Below the pieces are notes generated by a model. The model saw only the letters and a list, made by a program, of their open reading frames with translations, was not told where the DNA came from and did not search any database. Positions 10,453-20,707 of a stretch of DNA of 63,659 bases are shown here, in pieces. Both the position numbers and the translations under genes were made by a program. The DNA is from Alphaproteobacteria bacterium (GTDB taxonomy: Bacteria > Pseudomonadota > Alphaproteobacteria > GCA-2731375). The DNA lies in contig JASLMH010000003.1 in the NCBI GenBank assembly GCA_030746635.1, positions 1-63,659 on the forward strand. The letters run 5' to 3'. Each line of letters opens with the position of its first letter. Position 1 is the stretch's first letter.

Positions 10453-10483
10453 CCATTTGGGACGTGGTTGAACCTGGCCGCCC

Positions 10484-10591
10484 TCAGGCCAGGGTCAACC
10501 AACCGGCGGCATAGCTGATGACCAGCAGGACCGCGAAGACCGCGACGATCCCGGCCGACCAATAGGCCGCCACCTTGTTGTCATGGGTCAT
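10484..10591 (-). CDS. Small single-pass membrane protein (35 aa)
   Basis: MTHDNKVAAYWSAGIVAVFAVLLVISYAAGWLTLA; strong TAAGGAGG RBS just upstream. Confidence 0.6.
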   Translation of the reverse strand: MTHDNKVAAYWSAGIVAVFAVLLVISYAAGWLTLA

Positions 10592-10817
10592 GTTCGCCTC
10601 CTTATTTCGGCTCCATGATCTTGGTTGCCAGTGCAAGGAAGACGCCTCGGACCTCGGACGGTCCGAACTCCAGTTACCGACCCATATGATAGCAGAATAT
10701 TTGACATAATCAAGGATTTTGTCGCCGCCAGCCACGGCGAACAGAAAATCTCTCAACCTGGCCCGTTGGTATAAGATGCGCCGCCAGGATGTGACGGATG
10801 CATGGCGGGGAAAGTTC

Positions 10818-12509
10818 ATGAACCAGTTGACCGGCGCCGAGGCGATGGTGCGCATGCTGCAAGGCTATGGGGTGAGCCATGTCTTCGGTTTGTGCGGCGA
10901 TACCAGCCTGCCGTTCTACGACGCCCTGTTTCGCCTGGACCACGACATCACCCACATCCTCAGCCGCGACGAGCGGTCGGCGGCCTATATGGCCGACGGC
11001 TATGCCCGGGTGTCCGGCCGGGTCGGGGTGTGCGAAGGGCCCAGCGGCGGCGGCGCCACCTATATCGCCCCCGGCCTGATCGAGGCCAATGAAAGCTCGA
11101 TCCCGATCCTCGCCATCACCACCGATATCTCGGTCGGCGGCCGTGGCCGCTACAGCCTGACCGAGCTGGATCAGGCGGCCATGTTCCGGCCGCTGACCAA
11201 ATGGAACGCCGTCATCGACCGGGCCGAGGATCTCCCGAAACTGGTCCGCACGGCGTTTCGCGAGATGACCACGGCCCGGCCCGGCTCGGCCCATCTCGGC
11301 CTGCCGTTCGACGTCCAGAAGGGCGCGGTGGAGGAAACCGAGGTTTGGCAGCAACCGGACCTGGGCCGCTACCCGGCCTGGCCGACCGCCGCCGATCCGG
11401 CGGCGGTGGTGGCGGCGGCGTCCGCCCTGGAGGGCGCCCGGAACCCCTTGATCGTCTGCGGCGGCGGCGTCGTGATCGCCGGCGCGGAAGACGAATTAGG
11501 GCGACTGGCCGAGGCCCTGGGCGCGCCGGTGGCGACGACGATCAGCGGCAAGGGCAGCATCGCCGAGGATCATCCCCTGGCGGTCGGCGTGGTCGGCAGC
11601 AACGGCGGCGTGCCGGAGACCCGGCAATTCATGGATGGCGCCGATCTGGTTCTGCTGATCGGTTGCCGGGCCGGCTCGGTGACCACCGAACGCTGGCGCC
11701 ACCCGGCGCCGGGCGCGGCCCGGATCGTGCATATCGACAGCGATCCCGTGGTGATCGGCGCCAACTACCAGACCGAGGCCGCCGTGGTCGGCGATGCCCG
11801 GCTGGCCCTGGCCGCCCTGAACGAGGCGCTGTCGGGCGGCGGCGAGCGGCCGGTGGGCGAATTGAACGCCGATATGGTGGCCCGGGCCCGGGCCGCCAAG
11901 TTCGCCGCCTTCGACGAACTGGCGGCCAGCGAGGAGCGGCCGATCCGGCCGGAGCGGGTGGTGGCGACGTTGCGGGAGCTGCTCGACGACGATGCCGTCG
12001 TGGTCGCCGATCCGGGCACGCCCTGTCCCTATCTCTCGGCCTACTACCCGGTACGCCGCAGCGGCCGGCAGTTCGTCTCCAACCGGGCGCATGGGGCGCT
12101 CGGCTATTCCCTGCCCGCCGCCGTCGGCGCCTACTACGGCCGGCCGGGGGCGAAGATCGTCGCCGTGATGGGCGACGGCAGCTTCGGCTTCAGCAATGGC
12201 GAGTTGGAAACCGTGGCGCGGCTGGGCCTGCCGATCACCTTCGTGGTGATCGCCAATGCGGTGTTCGGCTGGATCAAGGCGGGCCAGAAATCCGGCTTCG
12301 ACGGCCGCTACTTCTCGGTCGATTTCGCCGCCACCGATCATGCCCGGCTGGCCGAGGGTTATGGCCTGCGCGGCTGGCGGGTCGAGGATCCGGCCGAGTT
12401 GCGGCGATCGTTGGCGGCGGCCCTGGACTGCCCGGGCCCCAGCCTGGTCGATGTGGTCTGTCAGCCGCTGCAGGAAGCCCATGCCCCGGTCAGCGAATGG
12501 GTCGCCTGA
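10818..12509 (+). CDS. Thiamine-diphosphate-dependent enzyme (acetolactate synthase-like superfamily)
   Basis: RDERSAAYMADGYAR (catalytic Glu); GDGSFG...NAVFG ThDP-binding motif. Confidence 0.9.
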   Translation: MNQLTGAEAMVRMLQGYGVSHVFGLCGDTSLPFYDALFRLDHDITHILSRDERSAAYMADGYARVSGRVGVCEGPSGGGATYIAPGLIEANESSIPILAITTDISVGGRGRYSLTELDQAAMFRPLTKWNAVIDRAEDLPKLVRTAFREMTTARPGSAHLGLPFDVQKGAVEETEVWQQPDLGRYPAWPTAADPAAVVAAASALEGARNPLIVCGGGVVIAGAEDELGRLAEALGAPVATTISGKGSIAEDHPLAVGVVGSNGGVPETRQFMDGADLVLLIGCRAGSVTTERWRHPAPGAARIVHIDSDPVVIGANYQTEAAVVGDARLALAALNEALSGGGERPVGELNADMVARARAAKFAAFDELAASEERPIRPERVVATLRELLDDDAVVVADPGTPCPYLSAYYPVRRSGRQFVSNRAHGALGYSLPAAVGAYYGRPGAKIVAVMGDGSFGFSNGELETVARLGLPITFVVIANAVFGWIKAGQKSGFDGRYFSVDFAATDHARLAEGYGLRGWRVEDPAELRRSLAAALDCPGPSLVDVVCQPLQEAHAPVSEWVA

Positions 12510-12530
12510 GCCGGCCCCGAAGGAGGTCCC

Positions 12531-13445
12531 ATGGCCACTGGCACCCATGAATATCTGGAGGATCCGCGCAACGCCGGCATCCAGATCTCGATCAACGGCG
12601 AACTGTTTCCCCGCGACGAGGCCAAGGTGTCGGTGTTCGATTCCGGCTTCATGCTGGGCGACGGCGTCTGGGAAGGCATCCGTTTGCACAACGGCCGCCT
12701 GCTGTTCCTCGAGCCACACCTGGACCGCCTGTACGAGGGCGCCAAGGCCATCGACATGGAGATCGGTCTGAGCCGGGGCGAGCTGGTCGAGCGGATCGAG
12801 GCGGTGCTGCGGGCGAACGGGATGGTGGGCGACGTTCATATTCGCCTGATGGTCAGCCGGGGCGTCAAATCCACGCCCTACCAGCACCCGAAGGTGACGA
12901 TCACGCCGCCGACCGTGGTCATCATCCCGGAATACAAGGTTCCGGCCGAGGCGCCGCTACGGGATGGCGTGCGCCTGGCGACGGTGCACATCCGTCGCGG
13001 CCCGCCCGACGTGCAGGACCCGAAGCTGAACAGCCACAGCAAGCTGAACTGCATCCTGGCCTGCATCCAGGCCGACAAGGCCGGCGCCGACGAGGCCCTG
13101 ATGCTGGATCCCCACGGCTTCGTGGCGACCTGCAATTCGACCCATTTCTTCATCGTCCGGGGCGGCCAGGTCTGGACCTCGACCGGCCGCTATTGCCTGG
13201 GCGGCATCACCCGCGGCAACGTCCTCGCACTCTGCCGCGACAACGCCATTCCGGCGTTCGAGAGGGACTTCAGCCTGACCGACGCCTATGGCGCCGACGA
13301 GGCCTTCATCACCGGCACCTTCGCCGGCCTGATCCCGGCCGTGCAGATCGACGGCCGGCTGATCGGCGACGGCGGACGTGGCCCGCTGACCCGGCGCTTG
13401 CAGGGCCTGTACCGCGATTTGTGCGAGCGGGAAGCGACGGCATGA
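12531..13445 (+). CDS. Class IV PLP-dependent aminotransferase (BCAT/DAAT-like)
   Basis: SVFDSGFMLGDGVWEGIR, DEALMLD, LGGITR, ADEAFITGT. Confidence 0.88.
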   Translation: MATGTHEYLEDPRNAGIQISINGELFPRDEAKVSVFDSGFMLGDGVWEGIRLHNGRLLFLEPHLDRLYEGAKAIDMEIGLSRGELVERIEAVLRANGMVGDVHIRLMVSRGVKSTPYQHPKVTITPPTVVIIPEYKVPAEAPLRDGVRLATVHIRRGPPDVQDPKLNSHSKLNCILACIQADKAGADEALMLDPHGFVATCNSTHFFIVRGGQVWTSTGRYCLGGITRGNVLALCRDNAIPAFERDFSLTDAYGADEAFITGTFAGLIPAVQIDGRLIGDGGRGPLTRRLQGLYRDLCEREATA

Positions 13446-14194
13446 CGGCTGGCGGCGTGGTCCGTATCGCCATGTGGTCGGGGCCGCGCAATATCTCGAC
13501 CGCCATGCTGCGGGCGTTCGAGAACCGCGGCGACACGGCGGTCTGGGACGAGCCCTTCTATGCCCACTACCTGAAGGAAACCGGCCTGGATCACCCGATG
13601 GCCGAGCGGATCATCGCCGCCTATGAAACCGACTGGCGCCGTTTGGTGGCCCGGGTCACCGGCGAGGTGCCGGCCGGGCGGGCCCTGTTCTACCAAAAAC
13701 ACATGACCCACCACATGCTACCGCATATCGACCTGGATTGGCTCGACACCATGGTCAATGTCTTCCTGATCCGCGAGCCGGCCCGGGTGCTGGCCTCCTA
13801 CGCCGAACGCCGGGCCGAGGTGACCTTGGCGGATCTGGGCCTGCCGCAGCAACAGCGTCTGTTCGATGCGGTCTGCCAGCGGCGCGGCGCGCCGCCGCCG
13901 GTGCTGGATGCCGACGACGTGCTGGCCGATCCGCGCGGCATGCTGACGGCGCTGTGTGACGCGGTGGGTGTCGCCTTCGACCCGGCCATGCTGTCCTGGC
14001 CGGCCGGCCGCCGCGACAGCGACGGCCTCTGGGCCGAACATTGGTATGCCTCGGTCGAACGGTCCACCGGCTTCATGGCGCCGCCGGGCCGCCATCGCCC
14101 GATACCGAAGCATCTGAGCCATCTGGTCGACGCCGCCCTGCCCTACTACCAGGTGCTATTGCCCCACCGGCTGACCGCCGACGCCCGGCCCTAA
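13442..14194 (+). CDS. Sulfotransferase-like P-loop protein associated with aminotransferase IV (Sulfotransfer_5-like)
   Basis: IAMWSGPRNISTAMLRAF, DEPFYAHYL, YQKHMTHH, WAEHWYASVERSTGF; ATGA overlap with the upstream gene. Confidence 0.75.
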   Translation: MTAGGVVRIAMWSGPRNISTAMLRAFENRGDTAVWDEPFYAHYLKETGLDHPMAERIIAAYETDWRRLVARVTGEVPAGRALFYQKHMTHHMLPHIDLDWLDTMVNVFLIREPARVLASYAERRAEVTLADLGLPQQQRLFDAVCQRRGAPPPVLDADDVLADPRGMLTALCDAVGVAFDPAMLSWPAGRRDSDGLWAEHWYASVERSTGFMAPPGRHRPIPKHLSHLVDAALPYYQVLLPHRLTADARP

Positions 14195-15135
14195 AGATTG
14201 TAGCGGGCGTTGAGCATCAGGCTGGTCGAGCCGGCGTCGTCGTCGCCGGTGCCGAGGTATCGGCCGTCGGCGCCGACCGCCCAGGTCCGGTCGAATTCGT
14301 ACCAGACGCCGACGATCGCCTGATAGGCGAATTCGGTGCCGTCGCGGCCCTTGGCCACCGCGCCGCCGATGGTCCGATCGTCGCCGTCGATGAAGGCCAG
14401 GCCCAGGCCGGCGCCGATATAGGGCACGAAGGCGGAACCCAGGCGGAAGTCGTAGTACAGGTTCGCCATCACGGTGGTCAGGGTCAACTCGCCGCCACCG
14501 GTCGCCGTGGCGCCGCCGGAGGTCGCCTGGTCGTAGTCGGCCGTGCGATGGGCCAATTCGGCCTCGCCCCGGATGTTCCCTCCGAAGTAGCTGCCGATGG
14601 CCGCCTGCAGGGCAAAGCCCGAATCCATGTCGATGCTGTAGGCGCCGCCGCCGACGGTGTTGCCGCCGACGTCCTCGGCCCAATCCAGGCCGCCGCCGCC
14701 GACCAGGTAGAAGCGGTCGAGCCAATCGTCGGCCGGGTCGTCGTCGAACGACAGGAATGAGAAGAAGCCATCGTTCGAGTCATCGTCGGGGGCCGGCATC
14801 GGCAGGGGCCGGGGTGCCGGACGTTTCTGCGCCGTCCGTGGCAATGGCACCGGCATGACGGTGGGGGCCGGCCTGATGGTCGGCGCCGGCATCGCCTTGG
14901 CCGCGGGCGGTGGCGGCGGTGGTGGTGGCGTGTAGCGCAGCGTCGGCGCCGGCGGCGCCACGGCGATCGGTGGCGCTGCCGTCGGCAACACTACCGCCGA
15001 CGGCCCGGCGAAGGGATGTCCCTGGTTCAGCAGGGCCCGCATGTCATACAGCCCGCCCTTGGTGCCGGCCATTGCCGGTGCGGCGAACAGTACCGCGAGA
15101 CCCAGGCAGCTCGGCAAGATCCACGCCCTCATCAC
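14191..15135 (-). CDS. Outer-membrane beta-barrel protein with a Pro-rich N-terminal linker
   Basis: Signal peptide, poly-Pro tract, then RGEAELAHR, MANLYYDF, FVPYIGAGLG, FAYQAIVG, C-terminal ARYNL. Confidence 0.8.
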   Translation of the reverse strand: MMRAWILPSCLGLAVLFAAPAMAGTKGGLYDMRALLNQGHPFAGPSAVVLPTAAPPIAVAPPAPTLRYTPPPPPPPPAAKAMPAPTIRPAPTVMPVPLPRTAQKRPAPRPLPMPAPDDDSNDGFFSFLSFDDDPADDWLDRFYLVGGGGLDWAEDVGGNTVGGGAYSIDMDSGFALQAAIGSYFGGNIRGEAELAHRTADYDQATSGGATATGGGELTLTTVMANLYYDFRLGSAFVPYIGAGLGLAFIDGDDRTIGGAVAKGRDGTEFAYQAIVGVWYEFDRTWAVGADGRYLGTGDDDAGSTSLMLNARYNL

Positions 15136-15214
15136 CCTCTCCCTTCACGCCAGCAAACGACACGCTGAGGCGAGGATAGCCCGTTGGCGATGTTGGTGCA
15201 GCCGGTAATCCGAG

Positions 15215-16309
15215 TTACGCGGCGTCCTTGTCGCGATGCCGGCGCTCGCCGTCGATCAAGGCCTGCTTGCGTTGCAAGCCCCAGCGGTAGCCGCCCAGGC
15301 CGCCGTCCTCGCGCAGCACCCGGTGACAGGGGATGACCAGCGACACCGGATTGGTGGCGCAGCCACGGGCAACGGCGCGGCGGGCCTCGGGGTTGCCGCT
15401 GACCCGCTCGGCCAGTTCGGAATAGGTGGTGGTGACGCCGGCTGGGATCCGCATCAACTCCTCCCAGACCCGGCGTTGAAAGGCGGTGCCGCGCACGTCC
15501 AGCGGCAGATTGGGATGCGGAATGGCGCCCTCGAGATAGTCGATCACCGTGCGCACCCAGTCGCCCAGGACGATGTCGTCGGCGACGATCTCGGCCAGGG
15601 GATAGTCGTGGCGCAATTCGGCGATCAGGTGTCTATCCTCGCCCAGGGAGAGGAAACAGACGCCGCTGGCCGTCGCCGCCACCATCAGCCGGCCCAGGGG
15701 CGAATCGGTGATGGCGTAGCCGATGCGGGCGCCCTTGCCGCCCTTGGCATAGGTCGCCGGCGTCATGCCGAGCTGGCCGTTGGACCGCTCGTACAGCCGG
15801 CTGGCGGCGCCATAGCCGGCATCGTACATGGCGCCGGTGACGTTCTCGCCGTCCTTCAGCCCTTCCTTCAGCCGGCGCAGCCGGCGGGCGTCGGCATATT
15901 GCCGTGGCGTCACGCCGAGGTGGCGCTTGAAGGTGCGCTGCAGATGGTGCGGGCTGCCGCCGACCGCGGCGGCAATCTCGGCCAGGGTCGGGGCGCCGCC
16001 GTCGGCGTCGTCCAGGCTGGCATCGAGGAAATGGCAGATCCGCCGGACCTTCTCGATGGTGGGATCGAGACTGGCCTCGTCCCGGGGCCGGCAACGCTTG
16101 CAGGAGCGGAAACCGGCCTGTTCCGCCGCCTCCGGCAATTCGAAGAAACGCACGTTGTGGCGGCGCGGCCGCCGGCTGGCGCAGGACGGCCGGCAATAGA
16201 TGCCGGTGCTGGTCACGGCGTAAACGAAACGGCCGTCGGCCGCGCTGTCGCGGTCCTGCACGGCCTGCCATCTGGCGCTGTCGGTCATGGCGGTGTTCCC
16301 TTGGTCCAT
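15215..16309 (-). CDS. ada: Bifunctional transcriptional activator / O6-methylguanine-DNA methyltransferase Ada
   Basis: YCRPSC and FRSCKRC Zn motifs, AraC-type HTH, C-terminal PCHRV; start may instead be 16288. Confidence 0.93.
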   Translation of the reverse strand: MDQGNTAMTDSARWQAVQDRDSAADGRFVYAVTSTGIYCRPSCASRRPRRHNVRFFELPEAAEQAGFRSCKRCRPRDEASLDPTIEKVRRICHFLDASLDDADGGAPTLAEIAAAVGGSPHHLQRTFKRHLGVTPRQYADARRLRRLKEGLKDGENVTGAMYDAGYGAASRLYERSNGQLGMTPATYAKGGKGARIGYAITDSPLGRLMVAATASGVCFLSLGEDRHLIAELRHDYPLAEIVADDIVLGDWVRTVIDYLEGAIPHPNLPLDVRGTAFQRRVWEELMRIPAGVTTTYSELAERVSGNPEARRAVARGCATNPVSLVIPCHRVLREDGGLGGYRWGLQRKQALIDGERRHRDKDAA

Positions 16310-16519
16310 TGCGATAGCCCCAGGTTTAGGGAAGACCTCCCTTGGCCGCTATCCGTTGCTTGCGCCCGATATCGACCACCACCCGCCTCGCCGAATTCCA
16401 CTGCTCAAGCCGTCGCCGACGATCGAAACCCGTTCGCCCCGAACGTTCCCCCAGATGGCGGGCGATCATAGCATCCACGGCGCCGGCTGTGGACCGTGCC
16501 GGCCGCGCGCCGCCGTCGG

Positions 16520-17152
16520 TCAGGTCCCGGGCTCGGCGACCACCACCTCGGAACAGATGCCGTAGCAGGAGATCCGCTGCCGGTGCAGCAGGTGCCAGCC
16601 GTTCTCCTGCAGCCGGGGGACGATGCGCACCGGGTGGCAGCCGCCGACGCTGCGCGGCGCTAGCCGGTAGAGCCAGTTCCAGGCGGCGTTGATCGGGCCG
16701 GCATCGGCCGCCAGATAGACCAGGCAAAGCCGGCCGCCATCGCCCAGGGACCGTCGGGCGGCGGCGATGAAGGCGTCGATCTCGGTCTCAGACAGCAGAT
16801 CCAGCATGTAGGTCGACAGCAGGCGATCGGCGACCGGCCAGTCGAAGCCGCCTTCGCTCAGCCGCACTTCGGCCCGGCCGGCCCAGGGAGCCAGACGCTG
16901 GCGGCTCAGATCGACCATGGTTTGGCTGATGTCGAGGCCAAGGTAGCGGGCATCGCTGGGCAGATGGCGGGCCAGCAGATCGGCGGCCAGGCGGCCGGTG
17001 CCGCAGCCGACTTCCAGCACCTGGCGGGCTTCATCGAAGCCGGCATGGGCGACCAGCGCCGCCAGCGGTTCATCCTCGTACCAGCCCTGGCGGTCCTGGC
17101 GCGCGCCAAAGCGGTCGTAGAAAGTCCTAAGCTCGTTCCGGCTCAACGCCAT
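16520..17152 (-). CDS. Class I SAM-dependent methyltransferase
   Basis: VLEVGCGTG, YLGLDISQTM. Confidence 0.85.
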   Translation of the reverse strand: MALSRNELRTFYDRFGARQDRQGWYEDEPLAALVAHAGFDEARQVLEVGCGTGRLAADLLARHLPSDARYLGLDISQTMVDLSRQRLAPWAGRAEVRLSEGGFDWPVADRLLSTYMLDLLSETEIDAFIAAARRSLGDGGRLCLVYLAADAGPINAAWNWLYRLAPRSVGGCHPVRIVPRLQENGWHLLHRQRISCYGICSEVVVAEPGT

Positions 17153-17306
17153 GACGGGTACCCGCTAGCGCATTCAATCCGCCGTCCGTTGCTCGATTAG
17201 GACCACAGTCGCGGGGTTCCGTAAACCCCGGTGACGCGGTGCATTAACGCTTCCTTCAACAGGTTTTGTTGTGATGGGCGGAGCTTTCGCAAAAGGACCG
17301 CCGCCC

Positions 17307-17609
17307 ATGTCGCGTTGGTTGAGATTCGTCCTGGTACTGACGCTGGCCGCGCCATCCGCCGGCTGTACCGCCGTCGCCGTGACGGCGCTGAAAAGCGTCG
17401 ACAACACGGTATCGAAGCTGGTGGAGCAGGATTGCCAGATCCTGCGGGTCGTCAACGGCAACGAGATCTGCCGCGACGAGACGATCACCGTGGTGCCGTC
17501 GGTCTATTGCTATCGCACCCTGGGCGCCGTCGATTGCTACGACCGGGCCGATCCGAAGGATCGGCTGATCGAGCAGGACACCACCCCACTGGTCGCCGAC
17601 ATCGAGTAG
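17307..17609 (+). CDS. Small Cys-rich putative lipoprotein
   Basis: Hydrophobic signal ending in lipobox-like SAGC; four further Cys (DCQI, EICR, YCYRTLG, DCY); AAGGA RBS. Confidence 0.65.
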   Translation: MSRWLRFVLVLTLAAPSAGCTAVAVTALKSVDNTVSKLVEQDCQILRVVNGNEICRDETITVVPSVYCYRTLGAVDCYDRADPKDRLIEQDTTPLVADIE

Positions 17610-17636
17610 GCCGGCCCGCGCCGCGACCTCGACTTC

Positions 17637-19307
17637 CTAAAACAATCCGGTGATCTCACCGTCGTCGTCGAGGTCGATGCCCTCGGCCGCCGGCCGGCGC
17701 GGCAGGCCGGGCATGGTCATGATGTCGCCGCAGATCACCACCAGGAACTCAGCCCCCGCCGACAGCCGGATCTCGCGGACCGGCACCACGTGGTTCGACG
17801 GCGCGCCCTTGAGGTTGGGGTCGGTCGAAAAACTGTACTGGGTCTTGGCGACGCAGATCGGCAGATGCCCGAAGCCCTGGTCCTCGAACTGGCGGAACAT
17901 GTCCCGCACCCGCTGATCGGCGATGGTATCCTCGGCGCCGTAGATGTTGCGGGCGATGGTGCGCATCTTCTCCCATAGCGACATGTTGTCCGGGTACAGG
18001 GTGCGGAACTGGCTGGTGCCCGCGTCGGCGATTTCCGCCACCCGCTCGGCCAGGCCCTCGGCACCGCGGCCGCCGTCGGACCAATGGCTGCAGATGAAGG
18101 CCTCGACGTTGAAGTCGGCGCAATAGTCGATCACCGCCTTCAGCTCCGCCTCGCTGTCGCCGAGGAAGCGGTTGACCGCCACCACCACGGGCACGCCGAA
18201 CTGTCCCAGGTTGCGCAAATGCTGGCCCAGGTTGTCCAGGCCACGGACGAGCGCCGCCACGTCCTCGTCCCCGAGGGCATCGCGGGCCACGCCGCCGTGC
18301 ATCTTCAAGGCCCGCACGGTGGCGACCAGGACCGTCGCGTCGGGCTGCAGATCCGCCTTGCGGCATTTGATGTCGAAGAACTTCTCGGCCCCCAAATCGG
18401 CGCCGAAACCGGCCTCGGTGACCACATAGTCGGCCAGTTTCAGGGCCGCGCGGGTGGCGATCACCGAGTTGCAGCCATGGGCGATGTTGGCGAACGGACC
18501 ACCATGGATGAAGGCCGGGTTGTTCTCCAGGGTCTGCACCAGATTGGGCTGCAAGGCGTCCTTCAGCAGGCCGGCCATCGCGCCCTCGGCCTGCAGATCG
18601 TGGGCGGTGATCGGTTGCCGATCACGGGTTTGCGCAACCACGATGCGGCCCAGCCGCTGGCGCAGATCGTCGACGTCCCGGGCCAGGCAGAATACCGCCA
18701 TGACTTCCGAGGCGACGGTGATGTCGAAACCGTCCTGGCGCGGAAAGCCGTTGGCGACGCCGCCCAGATTGACCACCACGGAGCGTAGCGCCCGGTCGTT
18801 CATGTCGACCACCCGACGCCAGACGATGCGCCGGGAATCGATGCCCAGGGCATTGCCCCAATAGACGTGGTTGTCCAGCATCGCCGCCAGCAGATTGTGG
18901 GCCGCGCCGATGGCGTGGAAATCGCCGGTGAAGTGAAGGTTGATATCCTCCATCGGGATGACCTGGGCATGGCCGCCGCCGGCGGCGCCGCCCTTGATGC
19001 CGAAGCAGGGGCCGAGGCTGGGTTCGCGCAGGCAGATCGCCGTGCGCCGGCCGATGCGGTTGAGGGCGTCGCCCAGGCCGACGGTGGTCGTGGTCTTGCC
19101 TTCGCCGGCCGGTGTCGGCGTCATCGCGGTGACCAGGATCAGCCGGCCGTCCGGCCGCTCTTCCAGGCCGTCGAGAAAATCGAACCCGACCTTGGCCTTG
19201 TACGGGCCATAGCGGTAGAGATGCTCGCCGTCGATGGCCAGTTTTTCACCGATCTGTTCGATCGGCAGCGGGTTCGCCGCCCGGGCGATCTCGATATCCG
19301 GTTGCAT
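17637..19307 (-). CDS. fhs: Formate--tetrahydrofolate ligase
   Basis: [52 protein letters not shown]. Confidence 0.97.
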   Translation of the reverse strand: MQPDIEIARAANPLPIEQIGEKLAIDGEHLYRYGPYKAKVGFDFLDGLEERPDGRLILVTAMTPTPAGEGKTTTTVGLGDALNRIGRRTAICLREPSLGPCFGIKGGAAGGGHAQVIPMEDINLHFTGDFHAIGAAHNLLAAMLDNHVYWGNALGIDSRRIVWRRVVDMNDRALRSVVVNLGGVANGFPRQDGFDITVASEVMAVFCLARDVDDLRQRLGRIVVAQTRDRQPITAHDLQAEGAMAGLLKDALQPNLVQTLENNPAFIHGGPFANIAHGCNSVIATRAALKLADYVVTEAGFGADLGAEKFFDIKCRKADLQPDATVLVATVRALKMHGGVARDALGDEDVAALVRGLDNLGQHLRNLGQFGVPVVVAVNRFLGDSEAELKAVIDYCADFNVEAFICSHWSDGGRGAEGLAERVAEIADAGTSQFRTLYPDNMSLWEKMRTIARNIYGAEDTIADQRVRDMFRQFEDQGFGHLPICVAKTQYSFSTDPNLKGAPSNHVVPVREIRLSAGAEFLVVICGDIMTMPGLPRRPAAEGIDLDDDGEITGLF

Positions 19308-19334
19308 CTCTCCCCCTTTGAAGTCGCCGGCGGC

Positions 19335-20618
19335 TCAGGCCGCCTCCAGCCCGCACCATTCGGCGATGAACAGGGCGATCGCCCCGGTGTTGCGGCGCAC
19401 CGAGGTTAGGTTGACCCGTTCATCGAAGCCGTGGATGGCCTCGGACAGCGGGCCGTACACCAGACCGGGCGTATTGGCGTAGAGGCCGAAAAACCGCGCA
19501 TCGGTGGTGGCGGTGGTCGCCTGGGTGGTCAATGGCGTCTCGTAGGCCGCCAAATGGGCCCGGCCCAGCGCCGCCTCGGCTTCGTCGGCGTCCACCAATT
19601 CATAGCCTTCGGCCAGGAAACCGTTGTAGGTGACCTGCGGCGGCGCGTTGCGCAAAAAGGCATCGCGGTTCGCGGATCGGCGGATGCAGTCTTCCAATTC
19701 GGCCCGCCGGCTGTCGATGTCGTCGCCCGGATAGATCGCCACCCGCAGATCGAAGACGCACCAGGACGGCACCGAGGAGGCCCAGTCGCCGCCGGCGATC
19801 TTACCGACGTTGAAGTTGATCGGATGGTGATGCTCGGCGTAGTGGGGCTGCTCCGCCTTTTCGGCGTTCCACTTCGCTTCCAGTTCCTTCAGGCCCTGGA
19901 TCAGGGCGAAGGCGGCATCGATGGCGTTGGAGCCGGTATCCGCCGTGGCCACGTGCACCGGGATGCCCTGAACCTTGATCTGTAGCCAGATCACCCCGAT
20001 CTGGGCCCGTACCAGGGCATCGCCCATGGGTTCGGGGATCAGCGCCGCCTCGGCCCGGTAGCCGCGGGCCAGGCAGGCCAGGGCGCCGTTGCCGGTGCAT
20101 TCCTCCTCGACCACCGACTGCACGAAGACGTCGGCGGCCGGCCGCAGGCCGATGCGCCGCAACGCCTGCAGGGCGAACAGGGTGCCGGTCAGGCCGGCCT
20201 TCATGTCGCCGGCGCCCCGGCCGTACATCCAATCGCCGTCGATGCGCGGCTGGTAGGGCGGCGAGGACCACATCTCGTGCGGTCCCTCCGGCACCACGTC
20301 GATGTGGCCGTTGAGGATCAGCGACCGGCCCTTCGGCCCTTCCGGGCGATGGCTCCCGACCACGTTGTAGGCGTTGTCGTAGTCGACATGGACCGGGGAG
20401 AAGCCCGGCAGGTGGCGGATCTGCTCGACATCGATGCGCCAGCGGTCGACCGCCAGGCCGCGCTCCCGCATCTCCCGGGCCATGAAATCCTGGGCGGTGT
20501 GTTCCTGGCCGCGGCGCGAGGGGAACTTCACCAGTTCGGCGGTGAACTGCAATTGCTCGTCGAAGCCCTCGTCGACGGCGTTTCGGATCCGGCTGGTGGT
20601 CTCGCCGTCCAGCATCAC
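19335..20618 (-). CDS. M20 family ArgE/DapE-like deacylase
   Basis: LNGHIDVVP, GRGAGDMK, VEEE, IHGFDE. Confidence 0.9.
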   Translation of the reverse strand: MMLDGETTSRIRNAVDEGFDEQLQFTAELVKFPSRRGQEHTAQDFMAREMRERGLAVDRWRIDVEQIRHLPGFSPVHVDYDNAYNVVGSHRPEGPKGRSLILNGHIDVVPEGPHEMWSSPPYQPRIDGDWMYGRGAGDMKAGLTGTLFALQALRRIGLRPAADVFVQSVVEEECTGNGALACLARGYRAEAALIPEPMGDALVRAQIGVIWLQIKVQGIPVHVATADTGSNAIDAAFALIQGLKELEAKWNAEKAEQPHYAEHHHPINFNVGKIAGGDWASSVPSWCVFDLRVAIYPGDDIDSRRAELEDCIRRSANRDAFLRNAPPQVTYNGFLAEGYELVDADEAEAALGRAHLAAYETPLTTQATTATTDARFFGLYANTPGLVYGPLSEAIHGFDERVNLTSVRRNTGAIALFIAEWCGLEAA

Positions 20619-20707
20619 GGGCCTCCCTGAAACACGGCGCGGCGGCGTCCGAAGCCGCCGCCGCGGTCATGTTGGCCCGTTCATGGCGCCGTGACAACGC
20701 CAAGCTG

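Noticed and set aside
10818-12509. ilvB/ilvI or sulfoacetaldehyde acetyltransferase (xsc)
   Set aside because: The N-terminal motif FGLCGDT fits neither, and no ilvH or pta gene is adjacent.
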